59,552 nucleotides of DNA from Halanaerobiales bacterium (GCA_003551905.1 PUNT01000031.1:1-59552), one strand, 5' to 3'; positions 36,620 through 46,522 are shown, counted from the first letter of the stretch. The notes: generated by a model from the letters alone, not told the origin. Program-made: numbers and translations.

Positions 36620-37432
36620 ATGTCAGATCAGCCCCTAGGCATATTTGATTCAGGAGTAGGTGGATTAACTGTCACCAGGGAAATTGTTAAAGTTTTGCCC
36701 GGGGAAAATATAATATACTTTGGTGATACTCTCCACCGTCCTTATGGATCAAAATCCCTGAAAAATATCCGGTATTATACTGAATATATTGCCCGTTACC
36801 TGCTGGAAGAAAGGGGTTGCAAGGCCCTCATAATAGCCTGTAATATTGCCTCCATAGCTGGCCAGAAGACTGTGGAAAATAAGTACTCCAGGCCCATTAT
36901 GGGGCCGGTGGAAGCAGGAGTTAGGGAAGCCATGAAGATGACCCGGAATAATAGGGTGGGAGTAGTTGCTACCAGCGGTACAGCTGAAAGCGGTGTTTAT
37001 CAAAAACTAATGAGCAGCATGAATGGTCAGGTTCAGGTTTTTGCAAAGGGAGCGCCTTGTTTTGTTTCCTTTGTTGAAAATGGTGTTTTTACTGGCAAAG
37101 CTGTTCAAGCCGCTGCTGAAAAATATCTTGGGAGCTTTAAAGGAACGGAGATAGATACTTTAATTCTGGGATGTACCCATTTTCCCTATCTGCAGGAGGT
37201 AATTCAGAAAGTGGTGGGACCGGACATTAATCTAATATTTCCAGGACTCACCATGGCCCTTGACCTTAAGGCAACTCTCTCCCAAAAGGGCTTGCTAAGG
37301 GAAAGCACTAAAGCTGGCGACCGAGAATTTTTGGTCAGTGACCTGAAATCACTTTTCCCCGGATTTATTAAATATGGGGAAAAATTCCTGGGCATGGGCA
37401 GCCTTTTTTTCAAAGAGGAATCCATCTACTAG
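36620..37432 (+). CDS. murI: Glutamate racemase
   Basis: ...IGIFDSGVGGLTV..., ...IIACNIAS..., ...LILGCTHFPYL... ATG 36620 is 8 nt after AAAGGAG. Confidence 0.9.
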   Translation: MSDQPLGIFDSGVGGLTVTREIVKVLPGENIIYFGDTLHRPYGSKSLKNIRYYTEYIARYLLEERGCKALIIACNIASIAGQKTVENKYSRPIMGPVEAGVREAMKMTRNNRVGVVATSGTAESGVYQKLMSSMNGQVQVFAKGAPCFVSFVENGVFTGKAVQAAAEKYLGSFKGTEIDTLILGCTHFPYLQEVIQKVVGPDINLIFPGLTMALDLKATLSQKGLLRESTKAGDREFLVSDLKSLFPGFIKYGEKFLGMGSLFFKEESIY

Positions 37433-37543
37433 AGGTCCTGTTTTTTGACAAGTCAACTGTTTTTGGAGTAAGATAATAGATATCCTTTATTTTTTCCAGG
37501 GTATCAAGGGTCATAAATAAAGATAAAGGGGAAGGGGATTATC

Positions 37544-38374
37544 TTGTCACAGTTTATTAGAAGGGATGGCAGAAAAACTGAAGAGCCCAGGGAGATTAAA
37601 ATAACCAGGAATTTCACCAGATTTGCTGAAGGCTCGATACTGGTAGAAACAGGAGATACGGTTGTTCTCTGTAATGCCTCTGTTGAGGATAAGATACCTC
37701 CTTTTCTAAGAGGGCAGGGACAGGGCTGGGTAACTGCTGAATATTCTCTCTTGCCCCGGTCAACAGAAAATCGGACCATTAGAGAGATTTCCCGGGGAAG
37801 AGCTTCAGGGAGGACTTTAGAAATCCAACGCCTTATCGGTCGATGCCTCCGGTCAGTGGTGGATCTCAAGGAACTGGGGGAGAACACCATATGGCTGGAC
37901 TGCGATGTTATACAGGCTGATGGAGGAACCAGATCAGCTTCCATTTCCGGGTCTTTTGTAGCCCTGGTGGATGCCGTGGATTATATGCTCAAAAATCAAA
38001 TTATCACCAATTCACCATTGAAATCCTTCCTGGCTGCTACCAGTGTAGGTATTGTTGATGGTATTAACCTTCTGGACCTGAGTTTTGAAGAAGATGCCCG
38101 GGCTCAGGTGGACCTCAACATGGTGATGACAGAAACAGGTGATATTATTGAGATTCAGGGAACAGCAGAAGGTTCTCCTTTTTCCCGGTATGAACTGGAA
38201 AACCTCCTTGATCTGGGTTTCTTGGGCATAGAAAAGATGGTGCTGAAGCAGAAAGAGAGCCTGGGAGAGCTGGTGGAGCTAGTGGGTAAAAAGGAAAATG
38301 CTTCACGAGAAAATGAGGGGGATAAAGAAGGTGAACAGCAAGAAGATAAGGGAGATAGTCCTGGCAACCAATAA
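37544..38374 (+). CDS. rph: Ribonuclease PH with ~35-aa acidic C-terminal extension
   Basis: ...RRDGRKTEEPREIKITRNF..., ...GWVTAEYSLLPRST..., ...RGRASGRTLEIQRLIGR..., ...DCDVIQADGGTR... TTG start after GGGGAAGGGGA. Confidence 0.9.
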   Translation: MSQFIRRDGRKTEEPREIKITRNFTRFAEGSILVETGDTVVLCNASVEDKIPPFLRGQGQGWVTAEYSLLPRSTENRTIREISRGRASGRTLEIQRLIGRCLRSVVDLKELGENTIWLDCDVIQADGGTRSASISGSFVALVDAVDYMLKNQIITNSPLKSFLAATSVGIVDGINLLDLSFEEDARAQVDLNMVMTETGDIIEIQGTAEGSPFSRYELENLLDLGFLGIEKMVLKQKESLGELVELVGKKENASRENEGDKEGEQQEDKGDSPGNQ

Positions 38375-38942
38375 TCAAGGGAAGGTCCGGGAAATTGAGA
38401 AGATTCTCTCCCCCCTGTCAGTAGAATTTCTTAACCTGGAAAGTTTTCCTGCCCTAAAACCTCCTGAAGAAACAGGAGAAACTTTCGCTGAGAATGCACT
38501 TTTAAAAGCTCAGTACTACTTTGATAGACTGAAAAAGCCAGCCCTTGCTGATGATTCAGGTCTGGAAGTTCAATACCTAGGTGGTGGGCCGGGTGTCTTT
38601 ACTGCCAGGTTTGCCGGGGACAATATTACAGATGAGGAACGTAATGAAGCCCTTCTGCAGAAGCTGCAGGGTGTGCCTCTAGAGCAAAGAGGAGCCTCCT
38701 TTGTATGTGTTGCGGCCCTGGTCCTACCCTGGGGAGAGCATATTATCACCCGGGGAGAGCTTAAAGGTTTCATAGCCACTGCCCCTGAGGGTGAAGATGG
38801 TTTTGGGTTTGACCCGGTTTTTTTTCTGCCCCATTATGACCAAACCATGGCCCAGATTGGCCAGGAAAAAAATAGGATCAGTCACAGGGCCCGGGCCATG
38901 AAAGCCATGCGGGAGAAGATTATTGAAATGGATCTTCTCTAG
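38331..38942 (+). CDS. rdgB: Non-canonical purine NTP pyrophosphatase (RdgB/HAM1)
   Basis: ...IVLATNNQGKVREI..., ...ADDSGLEV..., ...GFGFDPVF..., ...SHRARA... ORF track starts at 38298. GTG 38331 lies 9 nt after GAGGGGG and gives the usual ~200-aa length. Confidence 0.85.
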   Translation: MNSKKIREIVLATNNQGKVREIEKILSPLSVEFLNLESFPALKPPEETGETFAENALLKAQYYFDRLKKPALADDSGLEVQYLGGGPGVFTARFAGDNITDEERNEALLQKLQGVPLEQRGASFVCVAALVLPWGEHIITRGELKGFIATAPEGEDGFGFDPVFFLPHYDQTMAQIGQEKNRISHRARAMKAMREKIIEMDLL

Positions 38943-38956
38943 TTAATTTTGTCCTC

Positions 38957-38985
38957 TTGACCAGCAGATGATTTTCGGTTATACT
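38957..38985 (+). promoter_or_regulatory. Sigma-A-type promoter of the tRNA cluster
   Basis: TTGACC (38957-38962) - 17 nt - TATACT (38980-38985), ~20 nt upstream of tRNA-Pro. Confidence 0.55.
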
Positions 38986-39004
38986 TTTAGTGGGATTAGG
39001 ACTT

Positions 39005-39082
39005 CGGAGCGTAGCGCAGCTTGGCTAGCGCGCCTGCTTTGGGAGCAGGAGGTCGAAGGTTCAAATCCTTTCGCTCCGACCA
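39005..39082 (+). tRNA. tRNA-Pro (anticodon TGG), CCA encoded
   Basis: Cloverleaf folded by hand. Acceptor CGGAGCG/CGCTCCG, anticodon arm CCTGC-TT[TGG]GA-GCAGG, T-loop TTCAAAT, 3' ACCA. Confidence 0.9.
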
Positions 39083-39095
39083 TTTTTCCCTAAGG

Positions 39096-39172
39096 GCGGG
39101 AGTAGCTCAGCTGGCTAGAGCATCAGCCTTCCAAGCTGAGGGTCGCGGGTTCGAATCCCGTCTCCCGCTCCA
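39096..39172 (+). tRNA. tRNA-Gly (anticodon TCC), CCA encoded
   Basis: Acceptor GCGGGAG/CTCCCGC, anticodon arm TCAGC-CT[TCC]AA-GCTGA, T-loop TTCGAAT. Confidence 0.9.
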
Positions 39173-39177
39173 ATTTT

Positions 39178-39253
39178 GCGCCTGTAGCTCAGGGGAAAGA
39201 GCAGTGGACTTCTAATCCATTGGTCGGGGGTTCGAATCCTCCCAGGCGCACCA
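39178..39253 (+). tRNA. tRNA-Arg (anticodon TCT), CCA encoded
   Basis: Acceptor GCGCCTG/CAGGCGC, anticodon arm GTGGA-CT[TCT]AA-TCCAT, T-loop TTCGAAT. Confidence 0.9.
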
Positions 39254-39270
39254 GCGAAAATAAAGTTTGC

Positions 39271-39348
39271 GGTGGGTGTAGCTCAGGTGGTTAGAGCGCA
39301 GGATTGTGGCTCCTGAGGCCGTGGGTTCAAGTCCCATCACTCACCCCA
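39271..39348 (+). tRNA. tRNA-His (anticodon GTG) with encoded G-1, CCA encoded
   Basis: Extra 5' G pairing with discriminator C. Acceptor GTGGGTG/CACTCAC, anticodon arm CAGGA-TT[GTG]GC-TCCTG, T-loop TTCAAGT. Confidence 0.9.
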
Positions 39349-39379
39349 ATATGAAAATTATAGATTTATTAAATAAAAG

Positions 39380-39411
39380 AGATGCCCTCCTGAGGAGCGG
39401 CATCTTTTTTT
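39380..39411 (+). terminator. Rho-independent terminator of the tRNA cluster
   Basis: AGATGCC CTCC TGA GGAG C GGCATCT hairpin (39380-39405), followed by TTTTTT. Confidence 0.75.
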
Positions 39412-39484
39412 CTTAATATTTGCAGGTGATTAAGGATGATTCTGGAATTATATATTACTCTTAAAAATTCAAGGAGGTGATGGG

Positions 39485-39865
39485 ATGAAAAGAGCTGCTT
39501 TAGTCGTCCTAATATTCTTTCTTGCTCTATCTTTTACCGCTTGCGATAATGTTCTGCACCAAATATACATAAATGCATTGCTGGATCAGTATGCCCTATG
39601 CAAAGTGGCAGGTGATGCTGAAGGATTGGCAGAAATAACCAACAGGGATGTGGTATTCTGGGAAGCCAGGTTTAGTGATCGGAATGTAATCAGTTATGTT
39701 TTGACAGAAAGAAAGTTCTATTTTGAAAGTGAAAATGAAGCCAGTGTAGATGCCAGAGAGATTGCAGAAATAGTTGAAGATGGTGAAACTAAAAATATTG
39801 ATAGGTTGGTTGTTGTTCCCCTGAAAAAGGAAGATGTTATAGACTGGATTATCTTGATTTATTGA
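39485..39865 (+). CDS. Small lipoprotein, unknown family (paralogue A)
   Basis: 126 aa. AAGGAGG SD. Signal peptide plus lipobox LSFTAC. Paralogous to 40058..40438 (same length, shared ...LDQYA..., ...VEDGE..., ...WIILI C-terminus). Confidence 0.75.
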   Translation: MKRAALVVLIFFLALSFTACDNVLHQIYINALLDQYALCKVAGDAEGLAEITNRDVVFWEARFSDRNVISYVLTERKFYFESENEASVDAREIAEIVEDGETKNIDRLVVVPLKKEDVIDWIILIY

Positions 39866-40057
39866 TCTAAAGTTAGCCGGAGCTTATATTAATGCCCGTA
39901 TACTTGCCAGCTGGCATTTTTTGTGCATAGGATATCCTGCTAAAAGAATAAGCTTTTTTCACCCCAGGGAAAAGTCACTATTTCAGAAAAAAAGAAGGTA
40001 GCCCAGAATAATTCTGGAATTTAATAATAGCTTTAAAAATTAAGAGGAGGTGAAGAA

Positions 40058-40438
40058 ATGAAAAAAGCTGGCCTGGCAGCAGTTATTTTACTCCTGGCAT
40101 TCTCATTCACAGCCTGTGATGGTATTCTGGATGAGTTTATCATCAATTTTACACTTGATCAGTATGCAGATTCCCTGGTTGGAGAAGACACTGCTGGTCT
40201 GGTGTTGGTGACGGACAAAAATGTTATGTACTGGGAGAATGAGTTCAAGAACATAGAGTATAAAACATACCAAATACTGGATAGGAAAATCGAAATTTAT
40301 GATGAAAACGAAGCTATGGTCCAGGCAAGAGTGGTGGCAGACGTAGTTGAAGATGGGGTAGCTGATGAATGGGATTTTGAAACTGTCCTGTATCTGCAAA
40401 AAATGGATTATTTCAACTGGATCATCTTGATTGACTAA
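40058..40438 (+). CDS. Small lipoprotein, unknown family (paralogue B)
   Basis: 126 aa. GAGGAGG SD. Lipobox FSFTAC. Roughly 35-45% identical by eye to paralogue A. Confidence 0.75.
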   Translation: MKKAGLAAVILLLAFSFTACDGILDEFIINFTLDQYADSLVGEDTAGLVLVTDKNVMYWENEFKNIEYKTYQILDRKIEIYDENEAMVQARVVADVVEDGVADEWDFETVLYLQKMDYFNWIILID

Positions 40439-40651
40439 GCTAAACCAAAAATCTAAGGAGTGTCAGTGCAACTCCAGGCACTCCTTTACCATTTCTTTTA
40501 TCTAATTTTGGGTAAAAAATGTTCCCCGGAGAAAAGGACCTTTAAAGCTATTGAAAAGGCGCTTTTTTTCTGGTACAATACATATGTACTTATGAATCTC
40601 CCCGCCAGGTTTTAACCTGCGGGGTATTGCATGATAAAGAGGAGGTAAGGA

Positions 40652-41947
40652 ATGAAGATTGAAAAGGAAGTTCTGGAGAAAAATTGCTTAAAGCTGTCTA
40701 TAGAGATTGAGCCGGATGAGGTGGAGCAGGCTTTAAATCAGGCTTACCGGCAGGTAGTTAAGGATTTGAAGATGCCGGGGTTCCGCAAGGGGAAAATACC
40801 CAGAAAGATTTTAGAAGCCAGGCTGGGCAAGGATGTTCTCCATCAGGATGCCCTGGAAATACTGGTTCCCAAGGCTCTCATGATAGCCATAAGGGAACAT
40901 GATGTGGAACCCATAGATCGGCCGGAACTCAAGTCTTATGAAATTGATGAAGGCCAGCCTGGCAAGCTGGAATTAACTATAGAGGTTAAGCCTGAAGTGG
41001 AGCTGGGTAAGTATACTGGCCTGGAAGTGGATAAAGAAAAGGTAGAAATAGAGGAAGAACAGGTAGAGCAGGTGCTGGAAAATATTAGGGATCAGCAAGC
41101 AACTCTGATGGCCTCGGAAAAGGAATTGGTGGAGGACGAGGATTATGTGGTAATAGATTTTACCGGCTACCTGGATGGTGAGCCTGTGGAAGGAGCCAGT
41201 GGTGAGGACTTTGTCCTGAATATAGGCAGCAATACTTTTGTACCCGGTTTTGAAAAGCAACTCATTGGTGCCCGGGTAGGTGAGGAAAAAGAAATAAAGG
41301 TTACTTTCCCGGAGGATTACCGGGAAGAGAGTCTGGCCGGGCAAGAGGTTCTCTTCAAGGTAAAAATTAAAGAAATAAAGGAAAAAGAACTGCCTTCAGC
41401 AGATGATGATCTGGCAAAGACGGTGGGGGAGTATGAAACCATTGAGGAGTTGAAGGATGATGTAAGGGAAAAAATTGAGGAGGAAGCCCGGGATAAAGTG
41501 CGGGTAAAATTTGAAAACGATGTCATGGATGCCGTTGCTGGCAACGTTACCCTGGAAGTGCCGGAAAAGATGGTAGAGGATCGAGTGGAAGAGATTTACA
41601 GGGAAACTGCCAGCAGCATGGAACAGAGAGGTATGAAGATGGAAGATTACCTGGCAGCCATAGGCAGCAGTGTTGATGACTGGAAGGAGAAGAACAAGCC
41701 TGCAGCTGAACGACAGGTACGTAACCGTTTAATACTGGAAAAAGTTGTGGCAGAGGAAGGAATTGAAGCTAAACCCGAAGAAATTGATGAAGAGATAGAA
41801 AAAATCATTGAGGGAACAGATTTTGAATTTGCTGACTTTAAACAGAGACTGGAAGCCCAGGGTTATCTCACAGGAATTGGAGAAGACATAAAAAGACGCA
41901 AAGCTCTTGAGCTTTTGATGGAAAAAAATGAAGCCCGGAAGGAATAA
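40652..41947 (+). CDS. tig: Trigger factor
   Basis: ...MPGFRKGKIPRKILE... ribosome-binding motif, FKBP-type PPIase middle domain. 431 aa, upstream of clpP-clpX. Confidence 0.95.
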   Translation: MKIEKEVLEKNCLKLSIEIEPDEVEQALNQAYRQVVKDLKMPGFRKGKIPRKILEARLGKDVLHQDALEILVPKALMIAIREHDVEPIDRPELKSYEIDEGQPGKLELTIEVKPEVELGKYTGLEVDKEKVEIEEEQVEQVLENIRDQQATLMASEKELVEDEDYVVIDFTGYLDGEPVEGASGEDFVLNIGSNTFVPGFEKQLIGARVGEEKEIKVTFPEDYREESLAGQEVLFKVKIKEIKEKELPSADDDLAKTVGEYETIEELKDDVREKIEEEARDKVRVKFENDVMDAVAGNVTLEVPEKMVEDRVEEIYRETASSMEQRGMKMEDYLAAIGSSVDDWKEKNKPAAERQVRNRLILEKVVAEEGIEAKPEEIDEEIEKIIEGTDFEFADFKQRLEAQGYLTGIGEDIKRRKALELLMEKNEARKE

Positions 41948-41989
41948 CTTTGATACCTTCTGGAATAATATAGTGAGGAGTGATTATAA

Positions 41990-42583
41990 ATGGCACTGGT
42001 GCCTATTGTTGTAGAACAGACCAGTCGCGGCGAGAGATCATATGACATATATTCCCGACTTCTTAAGGACCGAATCGTTTTTCTAGGGCAGGAAGTTGAT
42101 GATATCACTTCCAACCTGGTTATTGCCCAGCTTTTATTTCTGGAAGCTGAGGATCCGGAAAAAGATATTTTCCTCTACATTAATTCGCCAGGAGGTTCCA
42201 TATATTCAGGTCTGGCCATATATGATACCATGCAGTATATCAAGCCGGATGTTTCAACCATATGCGTGGGCATGGCTGCCAGTATGGGAGCCCTTCTCCT
42301 GGCTGCAGGAACCAAGGGAAAGAGATTCTCCCTTCCTTACTCCCGGATCATGCTCCATCAGCCCACAGGGGGAACTCGGGGCCAGGCAACGGATATTGAG
42401 ATTCATGCCAGGGAAATTCTCAAGTTGAAAAAAGAATTGAATGAAATTTTGGTTCACCACACCGAAAAACCTATGGAGAAAATAGAGAAAGATGTGGAAA
42501 GAGATTTCTTCATGTCCTCCCAGGAAGCCATGGAATATGGTATAATAGACAAAGTAATCAGAAGACAGGAAGAACGGAAATAG
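41990..42583 (+). CDS. clpP: ATP-dependent Clp protease proteolytic subunit
   Basis: ...[31 protein letters not shown]..., ...GMAASMGA..., ...MLHQP... Confidence 0.97.
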   Translation: MALVPIVVEQTSRGERSYDIYSRLLKDRIVFLGQEVDDITSNLVIAQLLFLEAEDPEKDIFLYINSPGGSIYSGLAIYDTMQYIKPDVSTICVGMAASMGALLLAAGTKGKRFSLPYSRIMLHQPTGGTRGQATDIEIHAREILKLKKELNEILVHHTEKPMEKIEKDVERDFFMSSQEAMEYGIIDKVIRRQEERK

Positions 42584-42605
42584 CCTGTTTAAAGAGGGTG
42601 ATAAG

Positions 42606-43856
42606 ATGCTTAAGTACGGAGACGAAAAGGGACAGCTGAAGTGTTCCTTCTGCGGGAAGATACAGGAACAGGTTAAAAAGCTTGTTGCTGGCCCCGGAGT
42701 GTATATTTGCGATGAGTGCATTGAACTCTGTAACGAAATAATCGAGGAAGAACTGGCCGATGAAATGGATTTTGGGATGCAGAGTATTCCTAAGCCCAAG
42801 GAGATCAAGGATATTCTTGATCAGTATGTTATTGGCCAGGAAGATGCCAAGAAGTCCCTTGCCGTCGCCGTTTATAACCATTACAAAAGGGTTAATAGCG
42901 GTATGAAAGTGGATGAGGTGGAATTGCAGAAGAGCAATATTCTACTGGTGGGGCCAACCGGCTGTGGAAAAACCCTCCTGGCCCAGACACTGGCCAGGAT
43001 CTTGGATGTTCCTTTTGCCATTGCTGATGCCACATCTCTTACGGAAGCAGGTTATGTGGGTGAAGATGTGGAGAACATCCTTCTGAAGCTTATTCAAGCG
43101 GCAGATTACGATGTTGAGAAAGCAGAAAAAGGAATTATCTATATTGACGAAATAGACAAAATTGCTCGCAAATCGGAAAATCCATCCATAACCCGGGATG
43201 TATCAGGAGAAGGAGTTCAGCAGGCATTGCTGAAGATTTTAGAAGGTACAGTTGCTTCTGTGCCTCCTCAGGGAGGACGCAAGCATCCCCATCAGGAATT
43301 TATTCAGCTGGACACCACTAACATCCTGTTTATTTGCGGTGGAGCTTTTGATGGTCTGGAAAAGATTATCAAGGGCCGGGTTAAGAGCAAGGTAATGGGT
43401 TTTGGTGCAGACATTAAAAAACCCAAAGACGAAAATATAGGGGAAATATTGAAAGAAGTTCTGCCCCAGGATCTCTTACGCTATGGGCTTATTCCCGAAT
43501 TCATTGGCCGTCTGCCCATTGTTGTTACCCTGGACGCTCTTACAGAAGAGGACATGGTGCTTATCCTCACCAAACCTCGCAATGCTCTGGTTAAACAGTA
43601 CCAGAAGTTCTTTGAACTTGACAATGTAACACTGGAGTTTACAGAAGAATCCCTTAGGGCTATAGCCCAGATGGCTATAAAAAGGGATATTGGTGCTCGT
43701 GGTCTGCGTTCCATCGTGGAGGATTCCATATTAGATGTTATGTACGAGATTCCTTCCAGTGAAAATGTAGCCACGGTGCGCATAGGCGAGGAAGTTATAA
43801 ATAAAGGTGGAGAGCCGGAGATCATTAGGGTTCAGAGGAAGAGTGAACCAGCTTGA
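42606..43856 (+). CDS. clpX: ATP-dependent Clp protease ATP-binding subunit ClpX
   Basis: Zn finger CSFCGK...CDEC, Walker A GPTGCGKT, ...[10 protein letters not shown]... Confidence 0.97.
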   Translation: MLKYGDEKGQLKCSFCGKIQEQVKKLVAGPGVYICDECIELCNEIIEEELADEMDFGMQSIPKPKEIKDILDQYVIGQEDAKKSLAVAVYNHYKRVNSGMKVDEVELQKSNILLVGPTGCGKTLLAQTLARILDVPFAIADATSLTEAGYVGEDVENILLKLIQAADYDVEKAEKGIIYIDEIDKIARKSENPSITRDVSGEGVQQALLKILEGTVASVPPQGGRKHPHQEFIQLDTTNILFICGGAFDGLEKIIKGRVKSKVMGFGADIKKPKDENIGEILKEVLPQDLLRYGLIPEFIGRLPIVVTLDALTEEDMVLILTKPRNALVKQYQKFFELDNVTLEFTEESLRAIAQMAIKRDIGARGLRSIVEDSILDVMYEIPSSENVATVRIGEEVINKGGEPEIIRVQRKSEPA

Positions 43857-43865
43857 TGACTCATC

Positions 43866-43896
43866 AAACCCTGAGGGGAAAACCTTCAGGGTTTTT
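43866..43896 (+). terminator. Rho-independent terminator after clpX
   Basis: AAACCCTGAGG / CCTTCAGGGTTT hairpin followed by TTTTT. Confidence 0.7.
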
Positions 43897-43973
43897 AATT
43901 TTTCGACCAGGTGGAAATAAAATGCAGTACAAATGGTTATAATATGGGCAGATAAATCAAAAGGAGTGGTCCC

Positions 43974-45626
43974 ATGGATATGTTTTTTTTCTGGGCCATT
44001 CAGCTGGTTATAGTGGCAGTTATTGGACTGTACATTTACAGACTAATGCACAGGCAGCGGGGGAGTCGAAAAAAAGTGGTGCGGGATTCACAAAAAGAGC
44101 TGGACAAGCTTGAACAGATGCGGCAAAAAAGTTTAAGTGAACCTCTTTCGGAGAAAACCAGGCCAGCCAGTTTTTCTGAAATAATTGGTCAGGAAGAGAG
44201 CCTGGAAGCGCTGGAGGCATCCCTCTGTGGGCCCAATCCCCAGCATGTTTTGATCTATGGCCCTCCTGGTGTTGGGAAAACTGCTGCTGCCCGACTGGTC
44301 CTGGAAATAGCCAAGAGAAACCGGATTTCACCTTTTAAGGAGGATGCCAGGTTTGTAGAAATGGATGCTACCACAGCCCGTTTTGATGAAAGAGGTATAG
44401 CAGATCCCCTCATCGGATCGGTGCACGATCCCATCTATCAGGGAGCAGGTGCCATGGGGGTAGCAGGGATACCTCAACCCAAACCTGGAGCTGTAACCAG
44501 GGCTCATGGGGGCATCTTATTCATCGATGAAATTGGCGAGTTGCATCCTATACAGATGAATAAACTCCTCAAGGTCTTAGAGGATCGGAAAGTTTTCCTG
44601 GAAAGCGCTTACTATAACGAGGAGGATAGAAACATTCCCCAGTATGTCCACGAGATATTTAAGAAAGGTTTACCGGCTGATTTCAGGTTAGTAGGAGCCA
44701 CTACCCGATCAGCTCAAGACATTCCCCCAGCTATCAGATCTCGGTGCCTGGAAATTTATTTCCGGGGGCTTACCCCGGATGAAGTGAGCAGTATTGTAGT
44801 CCGGGCAGCGGAAAAGATCCAGGTGCAGATAGAATCTGCTGCCCTGGAAGTAATTAAAAAGTATGCCAGCAATGGTCGGGAAGGTGTGAACATAGTTCAG
44901 ATTGCTGCTGGAATTGCTGCTGTGAAAGGCAGAGTAGCCATAATCAGGGAGGATGTGGAAAGGGTAATTAACAGCGGTCAGTACAGCCCCAGACTGGACA
45001 AGAAAATTAATTCCCAACCCAAGGTGGGGATTGCCCATGGATTGGCTGTGCAAGGACCAAATATGGGCATATTACTGGACGTAGAGGTTGTTACTGCCCA
45101 AGCCAAAGAAGGAGAAGGCAGGTTAAAAATTACTGGAGTAATTGAGGAAGAAGAGATCGGGAGCAGGGGCCATGTTCTCAAGAGAAAATCGATGGTTAAA
45201 AACTCACTGGAAATAGTCCTTACGGTACTGGATTCTCTGCTTTCCCAGGGGACAGAGTCTTTCCACATTCATGTTAATTTTCCCGGGGGCATACCTATCG
45301 ATGGACCTTCAGCAGGATTGACACTGGCTGTTGCCATTTATTCTTCATTGACCGGTAAACCTGTAGATAATAAGATAGCCATGACCGGCGAAATATCCCT
45401 GGGAGGAGAGATAAAGGGGGTAGGAGGTGTTGGGGCTAAAATTGAAGCAGCTCGCCAGGCTGGTGCAAAAAAGATTCTAATTCCCCAGGAGAACTGGCAG
45501 GAGAGCTATGCTTTTTTGGAAGGTGCCCAGGTTAAAGGAGTTATTTCCCTGGAAGAGGCTCTGAAGGAGGCTCTTATCAGTACAGTTCCTCCTCTTCCTC
45601 CTCTTCCTCTGCCGGGGTCCCTCTGA
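43974..45626 (+). CDS. lonB: Sporulation-type Lon-like protease LonB
   Basis: N-terminal TM helix, AAA+ GPPGVGKT, and a C-terminal Lon protease domain ...PIDGPSAGLTLAVAIYSSLTG... 550 aa, positioned between clpX and lon as in Bacillus. Confidence 0.85.
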   Translation: MDMFFFWAIQLVIVAVIGLYIYRLMHRQRGSRKKVVRDSQKELDKLEQMRQKSLSEPLSEKTRPASFSEIIGQEESLEALEASLCGPNPQHVLIYGPPGVGKTAAARLVLEIAKRNRISPFKEDARFVEMDATTARFDERGIADPLIGSVHDPIYQGAGAMGVAGIPQPKPGAVTRAHGGILFIDEIGELHPIQMNKLLKVLEDRKVFLESAYYNEEDRNIPQYVHEIFKKGLPADFRLVGATTRSAQDIPPAIRSRCLEIYFRGLTPDEVSSIVVRAAEKIQVQIESAALEVIKKYASNGREGVNIVQIAAGIAAVKGRVAIIREDVERVINSGQYSPRLDKKINSQPKVGIAHGLAVQGPNMGILLDVEVVTAQAKEGEGRLKITGVIEEEEIGSRGHVLKRKSMVKNSLEIVLTVLDSLLSQGTESFHIHVNFPGGIPIDGPSAGLTLAVAIYSSLTGKPVDNKIAMTGEISLGGEIKGVGGVGAKIEAARQAGAKKILIPQENWQESYAFLEGAQVKGVISLEEALKEALISTVPPLPPLPLPGSL

Positions 45627-46386
45627 GCCTGCGATTATACAGGAAAAACCCCAGGTTCAATAGCAAGAATACCGAGTTCCAGAGTAGAAGGTGAAAGAGT
45701 ACTGATGTATACTGAAGAGGAGGTGGTGGTTTTACTGTCCCTGCCTGTTGCAAGCTTTGCAGGTGAGCAGTGTTGTAGGAAACACCGCTTTTTTGCAGAA
45801 AACTTTCCAGAGTTTCCAGGTCAATAGCCAGTGTCCTGGTTTTCTCGTTGCGACGCAGAGACAGAGTATTTACCCCTATAACCAGGCCCTCTGAAGTCAT
45901 GAGAGGGCTGCCGCTTACACCAGGAAAAGCTGTTATGTCAGTAGCCACCAGGCTCAGTCCGGCATATTTCACACCAGTATCAGTTATAGTTCCTCTGCTC
46001 ACTGTTCCCTTCTGTCCCAGGGGGGAAGAAATGGTGAAGACGGATTTTCCTGCAGTGATTTCCTCAGAGGAAGCCAGGGGCAAAGAAGGGGTGTTTGTGA
46101 GAGATGTTTCGTATAAGGCCAGGTCCAGAGCTTCTTCTGCGTAAACCAGGCTGGCTTCAAATTTCCGATCATCAGCGATCCTGATACTGGCCATGGTGCT
46201 ACCCTTGGTTACATGATAATTGGTTATAAAATAACCTTGGGAATTTATGAAGAAACCACTGCCCTGACCGCTGATATTCTCAACAGTTACCATTGCCCAT
46301 TCCTGGAAATAATGGTTTTGTTGAGCCCAGGAGGGCAGGGGAAAAAGCAAGATTAAAATTGTAAGAAATAAGGATAAAATGGTCAT
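45577..46386 (-). CDS. Trypsin-like (S1C) serine protease with C-terminal TM anchor and poly-Glu tail
   Basis: Signal peptide. H (FITNYHV), D (ALDLAL) and S (FPGVSGSPL) triad. C-terminal TM and ...AEEEEEEEELY. The 3' end overlaps lonB by 50 nt. Confidence 0.75.
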   Translation of the reverse strand: MTILSLFLTILILLFPLPSWAQQNHYFQEWAMVTVENISGQGSGFFINSQGYFITNYHVTKGSTMASIRIADDRKFEASLVYAEEALDLALYETSLTNTPSLPLASSEEITAGKSVFTISSPLGQKGTVSRGTITDTGVKYAGLSLVATDITAFPGVSGSPLMTSEGLVIGVNTLSLRRNEKTRTLAIDLETLESFLQKSGVSYNTAHLQSLQQAGTVKPPPPLQYTSVLFHLLLWNSVFLLLNLGFFLYNRRLRGTPAEEEEEEEELY

Positions 46387-46522
46387 TTTCCGGGAACCTC
46401 CCAGGAGAAGAATTCGCCATGCTTAGGAGAAAAACCTTTTAACCAGGCATACATAAATCCATGCAGGATTTATGTACAGGTAGAAGAATACCTTAATGAA
46501 GGTGGAGTTAGGGAGGTGTATT

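Noticed and set aside
39021-39215. 64-aa ORF in the six-frame track
   Set aside because: It lies entirely across tRNA-Pro, tRNA-Gly and tRNA-Arg, so it is an artefact of G/C-rich tRNA sequence.
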